64,000 nt of DNA from Candidatus Woesebacteria bacterium GW2011_GWB1_39_12 (GTDB lineage Bacteria > Patescibacteriota > Microgenomatia > UBA8517): NCBI GenBank assembly GCA_000993405.1, contig LBWB01000008.1:26325-90324 (forward strand), given 5' to 3'. This document shows, in pieces, positions 45,884 through 56,108 of the stretch. A program made the translations under genes and the position numbers. Every line of letters starts with the position of its first letter. Within the stretch, counting starts at the first letter, position 1. Under the pieces are notes generated by a model. That model ran no database searches, was not told the DNA's origin, and saw only the letters and a list, made by a program, of their open reading frames with translations.

Positions 45884-47152
45884 TTAAGGCAGCAGTGCCA
45901 AAAATGGAATTTCCATTTCTTCTCGCGTGAGACCACCGTGATGTCCAATGTACTGTTGCTCAAAAATCCCCTCTTCATACCACCAGACCGATTCTCCTGC
46001 GTAGGGCAAGATTATAATGTTCCCGACCCTCGACATAAATTCTTTTGATATTTTTTTGCCGAAAAATCCTTCTTTAATCAGGTCTTTAGTCTCATATATT
46101 TCAACCTTTCCTTCCAGTTTCTTTATAAGGATTTTGGGAAGGTCTTTAATGGAATCTTCTTTGACATGTAGAAACATATCCCGGCACGAACCTGCAGGAA
46201 CAATTGGCTCTCCCCTTTTTGTGGTTTTCAGATACTTGGTAATATTCTTAATTTCCTTGTTTAGATAAAAGGTTGTTTTAGGATTTACGTTTGTCTGACC
46301 GTGATCGGCGCTCAGAAGAATTATGGTATCTTTAGTTTTTCCTTCAATAAATTTCAAAAATATATGTTCCAAAGCGGTAAAAAGTAGATCCACTTCGGAT
46401 TCAAAATATCTTGAGTTGGTTCCGTAATCATGGCCCATCGAATCAATTTTTCCGTAATAAAAAAAGAAATAAGATTTATCTTTTTCTTTAACAAGCATTT
46501 CCGATAGATTTGTCAGTCCTTCAGCTACAGTACTAAATGGTAATATATTGGCACCTTTGCTTACAACCGAGTTATATTGGGAAAGAGCAAATTCGGAAGT
46601 AAGAAAGATATTTGATTTCACTCCATAATCATTAAGTTTTTCGTATAATGTTTCAGTCGGATACAGTATTGCAGGATCAATACCAGTCGGCTCCAGTGTC
46701 CCTCTTTCTTTATCTTTTGCGTAAGAAAAAAGAAGGGGAGCTATAACGGAATCCAGTTTCGGCTCATAATAAAACCATTCGTAAACCCCGCTTTCGCCAA
46801 CAGGTAAGCCGGTATTTATTGAGGTGACTTGAACCGCAGTTGTTGATGGAAATTGTGAAGTAATTTTGGAAACAACTCCTTTATTTATAAATCTTTGTAA
46901 AGCCGGATATTTATTTTTATATTTATCAAAAAATTTCCAACCGAAAGCGTCTATGAAAAGGAATACCACCTTCTCGTATTCCTTGTACTTTCCTGAAGGT
47001 AATGTATCTCCCGGAAGTCCTGTATTTTTCGTCACTCCAAGTAGTGACTGAATGGTATTTGGAATATTTGAAAAACAATATGAATCATACAGTGGTTTTA
47101 CAAATTTTTTCCCAAATCTTGATTTTTCAACGGTATCGATCGATAAAGACAT
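45884..47152 (-). CDS. Alkaline-phosphatase-superfamily protein (type I phosphodiesterase / nucleotide pyrophosphatase-like)
   Basis: 'FIDAFGW' near the N-terminus and 'SADHGQT' metal-ligand blocks typical of the AP/NPP fold. 422 aa. Confidence 0.6.
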   Translation of the reverse strand: MSLSIDTVEKSRFGKKFVKPLYDSYCFSNIPNTIQSLLGVTKNTGLPGDTLPSGKYKEYEKVVFLFIDAFGWKFFDKYKNKYPALQRFINKGVVSKITSQFPSTTAVQVTSINTGLPVGESGVYEWFYYEPKLDSVIAPLLFSYAKDKERGTLEPTGIDPAILYPTETLYEKLNDYGVKSNIFLTSEFALSQYNSVVSKGANILPFSTVAEGLTNLSEMLVKEKDKSYFFFYYGKIDSMGHDYGTNSRYFESEVDLLFTALEHIFLKFIEGKTKDTIILLSADHGQTNVNPKTTFYLNKEIKNITKYLKTTKRGEPIVPAGSCRDMFLHVKEDSIKDLPKILIKKLEGKVEIYETKDLIKEGFFGKKISKEFMSRVGNIIILPYAGESVWWYEEGIFEQQYIGHHGGLTREEMEIPFLALLP

Positions 47153-47211
47153 GTTTGAATATTATTATATATCACACCTTAGAGGTGATTTTCTATTCAC
47201 ACCTTGGGTAA

Positions 47212-50007
47212 TTAGCCATATTGTGGATAATGACAACGTTTCCATTTCTTTCCGCTTCCGCACCAACAGGGGTCGTTGCGGCCAATTTTTCCTCGCCTCG
47301 CCGTAGCGTTAGCAGAGGCGGGTTCTTGTTGACGAGCAAACGCTTTAGATCCCCCTTCCGCACCCAATTCAGGAGTAGGCGTATCCATCAAGCCGGTTTG
47401 ATCCAAAGTGTCAACATTGGTTGTTGCCTGGGCAACAGGAATCTCAGATATGGGTTGCTGCATAACACCGATTCTGAATATTCTCCGCGCAAGCTCTCCA
47501 TCAATTCGATCAATTAAACCTTCAAAAAGTCCGAATGCTTCGTTTTTAAATTCAACCAGAGGATCTCGTTGTCCGTAAGCTCGAAGCCTTACCCCCTCGC
47601 GTAAACCGTCTAAATGATCTATGTGTTCAATCCAGTGTTTATCAATAGACCCAAGATAAGCAAATTTTTCGATCCCCCGCATTACATCTCCCAAGTCCTT
47701 CTCGCGACTTTCGTAAATATCATCAACTACTTTGACCAAAAAGGATCTAATATTTTCCTTACCATCCAGCTTTTTCAGCTGACTCTCAAGCCTCTTCATG
47801 GAAGCATCATCAAAAGGCACAATTTCCATAAGATGTACTAATACCTTTTCATAATCAACCGCATCCTGTGGACGACCAGCCTCTGGCTGGGGCGAGGACA
47901 ATAGAAGTATATTATCAATCTGATTTCCCAATTTTTCCAAGATTTCATTTTTTACATCTTTCACTTCCAAAACCTTGGCACGCAACTTATAAATTATCTC
48001 TCTTTGCTGGTTTATTACATTATCGTATTCAACAAGATTTTTCCTTGCGTCGAAATGAAAACCTTCGACTTTTACCTGAGCTTGCTCTATCGAGCGACTA
48101 ATCAGTTTATTTTCAATAGGCTGATCCTCAGGAAGTGATAATCTATCCATGATAGAAGAAATTTTTTCTCCTCCAAAAATCCTCATTAAATCGTCCTCCA
48201 AAGAAAGATAAAATCTTGACGAGCCCGGATCACCTTGACGACCCGACCGACCCCGAAGCTGATTATCAATCCGTCTTGATTCATGGCGCTCGGTCCCGAT
48301 AACATGGAGCCCTCCTGCCTTGACTACTTTCTCATGACATTCCTCCCAATTTTTATATTCTTTTGTTTTTTTAAATTTCTCACTCGAAATTCCTTCAGGT
48401 CGATCAGGAACAGAACCGCCTAAAACTACATCAACTCCTCGCCCGGCCATATTTGTTGCAACCGTAACACCACCAGGTTTGCCGGCATCAGCAATTATTG
48501 TTGCCTCTTTTTCGTGATTTTTGGCATTAAGAATATTGTGGGGAACTTTTTTACGTTTGAGGTAGTCACTTATTATTTCATTTTTCTCAATAGACGTTGT
48601 TCCGACCAAAATCGGTTGGCCTTTTTGGTGTCTTTCAATAATTTCATTAACAACGGCACCGTATTTCGCCCTGACCGTCTTATAAATGACGTCGGAATGA
48701 TCTTTCCGGATCATTTGCCTATGAGTCGGGATCACAACAACATCCAAGTCATAAATCTTTTTAAACTCTTCTGCTTCTGTTGCAGCCGTACCAGTCATAC
48801 CCCCCAACACTTCATACATTCTGAAATAGTTTTGAAAAGAAATTGTCGCCAGAGTCTTACTTTCCTGCTGTATTTTAACTTGTTCTTTGGCTTCGACTGC
48901 CTGGTGCAAACCATCGCTCCAGCGCCGCCCAAACATAAGTCGTCCAGTAAATTCGTCAACAATTGTCACTTGCCCCTCTTTCACCACATAATCTCTGTCC
49001 TGAAGATACAAGGTTTTTGCCCTTAGAGCGTTCTCAATATGATGAATTATTTCCCAGTCTTTCTCGTATAAATTCTCAACACCCAAAATCTTTTCAACCC
49101 TTGTTATCCCGTGCTCGGTAAGAGTTGCACTCCTCACCTTTTCGTCAATTGAAAAATCTGTATCAGGATTCAGTTTTTCTACCATGGAAGCAAACTTGTA
49201 ATATTTATCCGTCGGTTCAGTATCAGGAGCTGAAATAATAAGAGGGGTTCTGGCCTCATCAATCAAAATCGAGTCCACCTCATCGACAATGGCAAAATAG
49301 TGCCCGCCTCGCATCGGCTCGCCATCACGAGTCGAGGCGGGTCCGCGCTGCGACATTTCATCCAAACTTTGGACCATGTTGTCCCGAAGATAATCGAATC
49401 CGAACTCATTATTGGTTCCGTATGTAATATCGGCATTGTAAGCAGCTTTTCTTTCGGCAGGTTTGAGATGGGCCAAACGTTCGTCCCCATGGCTTGTATC
49501 GTTAAACTCGGGATCATAAACATACGACTTCCCTTCTTGAATAATAGAACCGGTTGTAAGACCGAGAAGATGAAAGATTGGTCCGTTCCAACCAGAATCA
49601 CGACGGGCTAAATAATCGTTAACCGTAACTAAGTGCGCTCCCTTACCGGAAAGTGCATGAAGATAAAGTGCGGGAACTGCAGATAAGGTTTTGCCCTCAC
49701 CTGTTTTTTGCTCAACAACCTTGCCCTCAAAAAGAGAAATTCCTGCCATCAACTGAACGTCATAAGGCTTAAGTCCTATTGCTCGCCAGCTAGCCTCTCG
49801 GGCAAGTGCAAAGGCTTCAGGAAGCAAATCTTCCAATTTTTCACCTTTTTCTATCCGTTTTTTAAGATCCCTGGTTTTTTCTGCAAAATTCTCGTTTTTT
49901 AATTTTTTAGTTTTTTCATCAAAGGCATTTATCTTATCAGTAATGCTTGCCAAACGATCAATTTCTCTTTGATTTAAATCCAAAAATTTTGAAAATAGCT
50001 TTAACAT
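47212..50007 (-). CDS. secA: Preprotein translocase ATPase SecA
   Basis: 931 aa. DEAD-like motor motifs, the HWD/HSD region and the C-terminal zinc finger 'CWCGSGKKWKRCH'. Confidence 0.9.
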   Translation of the reverse strand: MLKLFSKFLDLNQREIDRLASITDKINAFDEKTKKLKNENFAEKTRDLKKRIEKGEKLEDLLPEAFALAREASWRAIGLKPYDVQLMAGISLFEGKVVEQKTGEGKTLSAVPALYLHALSGKGAHLVTVNDYLARRDSGWNGPIFHLLGLTTGSIIQEGKSYVYDPEFNDTSHGDERLAHLKPAERKAAYNADITYGTNNEFGFDYLRDNMVQSLDEMSQRGPASTRDGEPMRGGHYFAIVDEVDSILIDEARTPLIISAPDTEPTDKYYKFASMVEKLNPDTDFSIDEKVRSATLTEHGITRVEKILGVENLYEKDWEIIHHIENALRAKTLYLQDRDYVVKEGQVTIVDEFTGRLMFGRRWSDGLHQAVEAKEQVKIQQESKTLATISFQNYFRMYEVLGGMTGTAATEAEEFKKIYDLDVVVIPTHRQMIRKDHSDVIYKTVRAKYGAVVNEIIERHQKGQPILVGTTSIEKNEIISDYLKRKKVPHNILNAKNHEKEATIIADAGKPGGVTVATNMAGRGVDVVLGGSVPDRPEGISSEKFKKTKEYKNWEECHEKVVKAGGLHVIGTERHESRRIDNQLRGRSGRQGDPGSSRFYLSLEDDLMRIFGGEKISSIMDRLSLPEDQPIENKLISRSIEQAQVKVEGFHFDARKNLVEYDNVINQQREIIYKLRAKVLEVKDVKNEILEKLGNQIDNILLLSSPQPEAGRPQDAVDYEKVLVHLMEIVPFDDASMKRLESQLKKLDGKENIRSFLVKVVDDIYESREKDLGDVMRGIEKFAYLGSIDKHWIEHIDHLDGLREGVRLRAYGQRDPLVEFKNEAFGLFEGLIDRIDGELARRIFRIGVMQQPISEIPVAQATTNVDTLDQTGLMDTPTPELGAEGGSKAFARQQEPASANATARRGKIGRNDPCWCGSGKKWKRCHYPQYG

Positions 50008-50084
50008 AATTTAAAGACAACCCTAAAATTTTACACCTCAGCTTCAATTGTAGCAAACAAACACCAGGAGTGATAATAGTAAAT

Positions 50085-50762
50085 CTAATTTCTGCAAATA
50101 AACATTACATTTGCCTCAGGGTAGACGATTTCTACTTTTTTGAAAATTTTTTCAAGTTTATTGCCGAATTTTACTGCAGAGGATCTTTTATCTCCCGAAT
50201 AAAGCCTGTTAAAAACCACAAACCCGCCTTCTGCAAGGATACTCCTTGAAGAACGTAAGAAATTTTCTGATTCGAATTTTTTTGGAAATTCATCGCCAAC
50301 GTATAAGTCAACAAGAATAAGATCGAAGTGGTCGGTGGTCAGTGGTCGGTGATCAGTAAGAAAATCGTAAGCATCACCTATAACCACGTTGATAGCGTCG
50401 TCATCCAACCCCAAATACTTTTTCCCCATTTCTACCATTTTCGGGTCTAAATCGACCCCTGTAATTTTTGAAGAGGGCTCGCCTCGCTGCGAAGCGGGCC
50501 AAAGTTCACTAACCAACTTTGCCGCAGTCCCTCCTCCCAACCCTAAAATCAAACACCTTTGCGCTCTGTTGTTTGTCCTTTGTATTTGGCGTAAGCTTTT
50601 GCGCCAAATATTCTTAAGAACCCCTCCTGATTGCGTCAATCCCCCAACCGAAATATAAGTTCCGAAAGCCAAACTTCTGATAACAGTTATCTTCCCATTA
50701 ATAGGAGAGATAACTTCTTCCAAAACTTGTGTTCCTGTCAAGAAATCAGCCAATTTCCCCAT
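50085..50762 (-). CDS. Spermidine-synthase-like class I SAM-dependent transferase
   Basis: 'LILGLGGGTAAK', 'VDLDPKMVE', 'DAYDFL' and 'DLILVDLY' follow the polyamine aminopropyltransferase pattern. 225 aa. Confidence 0.55.
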   Translation of the reverse strand: MGKLADFLTGTQVLEEVISPINGKITVIRSLAFGTYISVGGLTQSGGVLKNIWRKSLRQIQRTNNRAQRCLILGLGGGTAAKLVSELWPASQRGEPSSKITGVDLDPKMVEMGKKYLGLDDDAINVVIGDAYDFLTDHRPLTTDHFDLILVDLYVGDEFPKKFESENFLRSSRSILAEGGFVVFNRLYSGDKRSSAVKFGNKLEKIFKKVEIVYPEANVMFICRN

Positions 50763-52588
50763 TATTGATATCCTTTCGCCTGAAGTTTAAAAAGGTGCGC
50801 GTACTCACTGTCTCTATTCATCAACTCTTGATGTGTCCCTTGCTCCCATATTTTCCCTCCATCAATCAAAAGAATCTTATCTGCCATCCTGACGGTCGAG
50901 AATCTGTGGGAAATTAAAATCAAGATTTTTTCCCTAGCTAACTCGATAATCTTTTCGAAAATTTCTTCTTCAGCTTTGGGATCAACGTTACTTGTTGGCT
51001 CATCCAAAACTAATATTTTGGAATCTCTAAAAAGTATCCTTGACAATGCAATTCTTTGCCATTGACCTTTCGATGGTTCAACACCTTTTTCAAACTCCTT
51101 GGATAGCGGGTTTTCATACTTTAAAGGTAAACTTTCAATAAACTCGTCTACACCCGTTAATTTCGCATACTTCTTAATCTCTTCTCTTCTTTTAATTTTA
51201 TCAACGCTCCCGATTCCTATACTTTCTCTAGCAGTAAACGGATACCAGCTGAAATCCTGGAAGAGAACACCCAAAAGCTGCCGGTATTTCGCTTGGTCAT
51301 AATCAAAAATATTTACCCCGTTAACCAAAACTTCACCCTTATTGGGTTTATAGAAACCTGACAGAAGCTTAATCATCGTAGTTTTTCCTGCTCCATTCTC
51401 ACCCACCAATGCAAGGTTTTCTTTGGGACCGATTTCAAAACTCACCCCTTTTAAAACCCATGTTTTGGCATTCGGATATTTAAACCAAACATCTTTAAAC
51501 TCTATTCCTTTAGAAAAATTCAAGGAAGGCTGTTTTTGTCCGCCGACCAATTCGGCTTTGAGTTCCAAAAACCAAGTTAAATCGGAAACAAACAGATAAT
51601 TCTCATAAATATTTACGGCATCATTAAGGAAAGTTGAAAAACCCAAAGACAATGTGTTTGTAGCTTGATAAAGTAGCTGTGCAGTTCCCAAAGTGACTCT
51701 TCCAAGAAGTGCAAGAGCAAAGAAATAAATATTTAGAACCATGGACAAAATATATCCGGGAATAGAAGCAAAAGTACGGGCTGTTGCTCTTCTTTTTCTT
51801 CTCTTATATTGAAACTCAACGATTTCCTTCTGCACATCAAAAAGTTTCCGTGCTAGGTATTCAACATTTCCCAGAATTTTATTCTCATAAAATTGTTTTG
51901 TATCTACCATATGCCAATGGATCCAGCCCCAAAGTCTCCACTTGGGGTTAAGCACTTGAATAGCTTCATAATCTTTTTTGGCTATACGGGCATTTATTAT
52001 GATATCCGGCAGGGTCACAACCAGAACTACTACTGATATCCAAGGATTAAAAGTTATGAGCGGTAGTACTCCTGATATAATCGTAAAAATTGCATTCGGT
52101 ATATCCGAAAGCGGTTCTATCATCCCCCATAGTCGGTTATTTGCCTCCCTTTCAATCTTTTTATATTTATCCTGAAAATTCGGAGACTCGACAAGCGGAA
52201 TATCAAGAGTATTAAGCTTTACTCCTCCTACTCTTTCTAAATAGGCTGTAAGCTGTTCACCCATAGCCCGAGTCAGGAATGAATTAATATTTGAAGTTGC
52301 CGCTCTGGCAAATTCTACTAATGCCCTAAAAAAAATCAGAAGACTTATTGTTTTAAGCGGAGTTGACAAATCAGACAAACCAATGCTTCCTATAACTACA
52401 TCAATAAGAGTTTTATTTATATAAAGTACTGGAAGGTTTGTTAAACCCCAAAAGCCGTTTATAATCGTAACGGATATTAAAAGGCGAGGATTTACTTTAT
52501 AGACAATCGAAAAGACTCTCTTATATGTAAGAATAAACCTTTTGATTGGCGAAACTTCGAATTTGGGGAGTTTTAGCTTTTTAACCAT
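50762..52588 (-). CDS. ABC exporter, fused permease/ATP-binding
   Basis: TM domain plus NBD with 'GENGAGKTT', signature 'SKGQWQRIALSRIL' and 'LVLDEPTSNVD'. Confidence 0.75.
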   Translation of the reverse strand: MVKKLKLPKFEVSPIKRFILTYKRVFSIVYKVNPRLLISVTIINGFWGLTNLPVLYINKTLIDVVIGSIGLSDLSTPLKTISLLIFFRALVEFARAATSNINSFLTRAMGEQLTAYLERVGGVKLNTLDIPLVESPNFQDKYKKIEREANNRLWGMIEPLSDIPNAIFTIISGVLPLITFNPWISVVVLVVTLPDIIINARIAKKDYEAIQVLNPKWRLWGWIHWHMVDTKQFYENKILGNVEYLARKLFDVQKEIVEFQYKRRKRRATARTFASIPGYILSMVLNIYFFALALLGRVTLGTAQLLYQATNTLSLGFSTFLNDAVNIYENYLFVSDLTWFLELKAELVGGQKQPSLNFSKGIEFKDVWFKYPNAKTWVLKGVSFEIGPKENLALVGENGAGKTTMIKLLSGFYKPNKGEVLVNGVNIFDYDQAKYRQLLGVLFQDFSWYPFTARESIGIGSVDKIKRREEIKKYAKLTGVDEFIESLPLKYENPLSKEFEKGVEPSKGQWQRIALSRILFRDSKILVLDEPTSNVDPKAEEEIFEKIIELAREKILILISHRFSTVRMADKILLIDGGKIWEQGTHQELMNRDSEYAHLFKLQAKGYQ

Positions 52589-52676
52589 AAACCAATTTTA
52601 CCTCAATCTTAGATCATAAATATATCCGTATTTTTAACCGATTGATTCGGATTTTATTTGGTCTAAAATAGAAGAA

Positions 52677-53933
52677 ATGCAAAACATCCCTCTCCCGGAA
52701 AAAATAAGGCCTAAAAATCTGAACGAGTTCGTCGGGCAAGAACACTTGGTGGGAAAAAACCTGCCTTCGCATAAAGCTACGGCAGGGCGCAGCGGAATAA
52801 TTAGTAAACTTTTGGAAAACGCAAGCAAATCAGGATTCTTCCCCTCTCTTGTCTTCTGGGGACCTCCGGGAAGCGGCAAAACAACTCTGGCAAGAATTAT
52901 TGCAAATGAATTAAAGCGTGAATTTTATGAATTCTCTGCGGTCAATACATCCAGTAAAGATATTCAAAAAATCATTGCGGGTCGAAAAAGCATTCGTCCA
53001 AAAACCAACTTTCAGGGGCTACCCTTTAAACGCCAGGCTTTGCAGGGTACGACCCTGCAAAATTCTCCGATCGTATTTATCGATGAGATACACCGTTTCA
53101 ATAAAGCCCAACAAGACAAGCTTCTACCTCATGTTGAAAGAGGGGAAATCATTTTTATCGGTGCTACTACCGAGAATCCTTCTTTCGAAGTAATCGGACC
53201 TCTTCTGTCCCGCACCAGAGTACTTGTGCTTAAGCAGCTTTCTGAAAAAGAATTGGTTGAAATACTAAAACGAGGTCTCAAAGAATTAAAAGTTAAAATA
53301 GATAAAAAGGCAAAAAGATTTCTCCTCGAATCCTCAAACGGGGATGCCAGAGTTCTCCTCAATGTCCTCGAAATTGCCTCAAACCTCACAGAACGCCGCA
53401 CACTGTCCACTGAACACATTGAGACTTCTCTCCAACGTCGCCAACTTTCTTTCGATAAGCAAGGAGAAGAATTTTATAACGTAATTTCGGCTTTTATCAA
53501 ATCAATGCGGGCAAGTGATGTCAACGCCGCGCTCTATTATCTTGCCCGAATGGTAGAGGCGGGGCAGGATCCTTTATATATCGCCAGACGCATGGTTGTA
53601 TTCGCTTCGGAGGATGTTGCTTCCCCTACCGCATTAGTAGTGGCAAATGCAGTTTTCAGAGCTTGTGAGACCGTAGGATACCCTGAATGTCAGGAAAACC
53701 TGGCCGCCGGTGTTGTTTATCTTGCTTTGGCAAAAAAAGACCGTTCAGCTTATAACGCATACATGAGCGCTTTGGAAGATGTCCGCAAATTCGGAAATTT
53801 ACCCGTCCCGATGCAAATCCGAAACGCTCCGACAAAGCTAATGAAAGACTTAGGTTACGGCAAAGACTACGATAAATACACCAAAGAAAGTTTATTGCCT
53901 GAAAAGTTGAAGAATAAAAAATACTGGAAATAA
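52677..53933 (+). CDS. rarA: Replication-associated recombination protein A (MgsA/RarA, AAA+)
   Basis: 'VFWGPPGSGKTTLARIIA' Walker A, 'IVFIDEIHRFNKAQQD' Walker B/sensor and a C-terminal MgsA domain. Confidence 0.8.
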   Translation: MQNIPLPEKIRPKNLNEFVGQEHLVGKNLPSHKATAGRSGIISKLLENASKSGFFPSLVFWGPPGSGKTTLARIIANELKREFYEFSAVNTSSKDIQKIIAGRKSIRPKTNFQGLPFKRQALQGTTLQNSPIVFIDEIHRFNKAQQDKLLPHVERGEIIFIGATTENPSFEVIGPLLSRTRVLVLKQLSEKELVEILKRGLKELKVKIDKKAKRFLLESSNGDARVLLNVLEIASNLTERRTLSTEHIETSLQRRQLSFDKQGEEFYNVISAFIKSMRASDVNAALYYLARMVEAGQDPLYIARRMVVFASEDVASPTALVVANAVFRACETVGYPECQENLAAGVVYLALAKKDRSAYNAYMSALEDVRKFGNLPVPMQIRNAPTKLMKDLGYGKDYDKYTKESLLPEKLKNKKYWK

Positions 53934-53934
53934 T

Positions 53935-54501
53935 ATGAGTAAAGAATTAGCAACTCAATTAAAAAAATTGGCAAGCATAGAAATTGGCAGAGAAGAAGTT
54001 CGATTGAAATTTATCGAGAGGTTGCAAAACGAATTATTGACAAGAGATGAGAGACAATTAACTCATGTAGCGGTTTTCGTAATGGCAATAGATATTAGTA
54101 AAAGTATGGTTTACATAGGGCATCATAAAAAATCCGATAGATGGATTCCGCATGGTGGGCATGTTGATAAGGGTGAACTAATAGAACAGACTCTAGAAAG
54201 AGAAATTCAGGAAGAATGGGGAATACAAATGAAAGCAAACGATATTGGTGAACCTGAATTTTTGACAATTACAGAAATAGAAAATCCAAAACAATGGAAG
54301 GTTTGCAGGAGACACTATGATGTGTGGTACTTTGTAAGGGTTAACAATGAAGACTTTGAAGTTGACCCTGAATTACTACACGAGGAATTCCATGAAGCTA
54401 GGTGGGTAAATCTAAATGACGCTAGAAATTTGGTTGGAAATACTCCCACAGTACAAGAAGCACTGGATTTCGTCGAAATGAGATATTTTCAAAAAGATTA
54501 A
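53935..54501 (+). CDS. NUDIX hydrolase
   Basis: Nudix box 'GGHVDKGELIEQTLEREIQEEWG'. The start overlaps the rarA stop. Confidence 0.65.
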   Translation: MSKELATQLKKLASIEIGREEVRLKFIERLQNELLTRDERQLTHVAVFVMAIDISKSMVYIGHHKKSDRWIPHGGHVDKGELIEQTLEREIQEEWGIQMKANDIGEPEFLTITEIENPKQWKVCRRHYDVWYFVRVNNEDFEVDPELLHEEFHEARWVNLNDARNLVGNTPTVQEALDFVEMRYFQKD

Positions 54502-54541
54502 CAACCAATAGAAACAATATTTTAAAATTCAAATACTGTCC

Positions 54542-55282
54542 TTAAGGGTTAGGATAAGGGGTCAATTTAGCTTGCGAAAGTCTATTAAATAGCTCAACCG
54601 CAATTTCCTTTGCTTGGTCGTACATTCTTCTTGCAAAATCTGTTGCTGGTTTTACAACCGGAACTTCAGGACAAATGGTTTCTTCCCCACTCAAGACAAA
54701 AGATTCGCTTTCGAATACTTCTACATCTCCCGGCAATTCGGAAGTTTTTTTAACTCGAACCTCATCAAAAAGTACTTTACTCACGTCCCATGCATCTGCA
54801 GGCAAAAGCAGAGTACCAACTTTTTCTTTTTCTCCAAGTTGTCCTTTGTCCCTCAATCCGATAAACTCGCAGTCAAAATTCTCAAAAAGCACCTGAGTTT
54901 CTCCTTTCTCATTTGTCAAAGCGCCATACACTAAATCTTTTATTCCAGGTGGATGTAAAACCATTACTCGATTAAAAGCTATCTGTCTTAGTGTAATTGT
55001 TTCTCCATCAAGTGCAGTTTCTATTGAAGTTTTATTAATACTTTCCCAATCAGGCGTAGGTGTCGGGGTTAAAGTTGAAGTCGGCGTGCGAGAAGGGATC
55101 GGGGTTTCTGTTGGTAAAGGAGTATGTTCAGTTGTTAGAGTTGTAGTACTCTCAAGTGTTCGAGTTTCACGAGATCCACAAGCGGGTAATACAACTCCAC
55201 CCACCAGAGTCAGAGCAGTCAGTACTCTCCATGATTTAACTACAAAATGCTCTCTATCCCTCACGATACAGAAATTATACAA
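54542..55282 (-). CDS. Putative lipoprotein with PT-rich linker
   Basis: 'LTLVGGVVLPACGS' is lipobox-like, followed by 'TPLPTETPIPSRTPTSTLTPTPTPD'. Confidence 0.4.
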   Translation of the reverse strand: MYNFCIVRDREHFVVKSWRVLTALTLVGGVVLPACGSRETRTLESTTTLTTEHTPLPTETPIPSRTPTSTLTPTPTPDWESINKTSIETALDGETITLRQIAFNRVMVLHPPGIKDLVYGALTNEKGETQVLFENFDCEFIGLRDKGQLGEKEKVGTLLLPADAWDVSKVLFDEVRVKKTSELPGDVEVFESESFVLSGEETICPEVPVVKPATDFARRMYDQAKEIAVELFNRLSQAKLTPYPNP

Positions 55283-55288
55283 GGCTTT

Positions 55289-55564
55289 TCAACCTGAAGA
55301 ACTGTTTACAGCACCGTCAGGCACAAAGCCTGTTAGTGTCATCGTTCCCTCCTGAAAAACCACCCCTCTTCCCATTGATCTTGGAATTCTGGCAGCATTA
55401 CACCCATCTTCATTTAGAGCTTCAACAACTTCCCAAGGGTGCTTCTGCATACACTCATGCTTCACTCCGAAAATTCCCGGTTTTGAAAGCGCGTGAACAC
55501 AACGGCCGTTTGCAGAGCAGACCTGACTTATATAAAAAGATGCGGTGGCCTCAATATTACTCAT
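55289..55564 (-). CDS. Small Cys-containing hypothetical protein
   Basis: 91 aa with Cys at 'QVCSANGRCVHA' and 'HECMQKHPW'. Unassigned. Confidence 0.3.
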   Translation of the reverse strand: MSNIEATASFYISQVCSANGRCVHALSKPGIFGVKHECMQKHPWEVVEALNEDGCNAARIPRSMGRGVVFQEGTMTLTGFVPDGAVNSSSG

Positions 55565-55571
55565 TCATTTG

Positions 55572-56108
55572 CTAAATTAACTTTTTTGACCCTCTGTAAA
55601 ATTCAAGTTTTTTAACTTTCAGTCCTCTTTTTTCATTTTCTGATTTCAAACTATTTAAAATCGAAACACCGTGATCCTTAGCATTTTCGATTTCCTCATA
55701 TACTTTGGGTTTTACAAAATAAACTTGAACTTTGGTTATTATCATTGCATCCAATCCTGAAGAGAAATAAACTTTCCCACTTGCTTTAACAGATTTTCTG
55801 GTAAACCATTCCCGTTTATTGTAATTTATAAAAGTATCGGAAAGAATTAAGTAAACACATCCTCCTCTATCGGCTTTTTTGAATCGTTTGCGATTGCTTA
55901 TTACAAAGAAGTAGATATTTCCGAACGCTCCGCCGTTTGCCCACGAATCATCGTGCTGAACTAAAAACTGTGTTGAAAAAGGGAAGCTGTCTGTTGCAAA
56001 AACGACAGGACCTTTTTTAAATCCTTCCGGAGCAGTATTTTTTCGAGGTTCAATTATTTTTAAATCACAATGGGACGAAGCGTGATAAAGATAAAGAGGT
56101 TTACTCAT
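55572..56108 (-). CDS. Hypothetical protein; tentative ADP-ribosyltransferase-fold (DarT/DUF4433-like) N-terminal motif
   Basis: The N-terminal 'LYLYHASSHCDLKII' is reminiscent of the 'YH(I/F)TH.DNLK.IL' start of DarT-like proteins. No further motifs could be verified by eye. 178 aa. Confidence 0.3.
   Translation of the reverse strand: MSKPLYLYHASSHCDLKIIEPRKNTAPEGFKKGPVVFATDSFPFSTQFLVQHDDSWANGGAFGNIYFFVISNRKRFKKADRGGCVYLILSDTFINYNKREWFTRKSVKASGKVYFSSGLDAMIITKVQVYFVKPKVYEEIENAKDHGVSILNSLKSENEKRGLKVKKLEFYRGSKKLI

Noticed and set aside
50321-50350. 14-bp near-tandem repeat GTGGTCGGTG(g/a)TCA inside the spermidine-synthase-like gene
   Set aside because: It is imperfect and lies in frame within otherwise conserved coding sequence (TDHRPLTTDHFDL). 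This is most likely coincidental local repetition, not a disruptive duplication.
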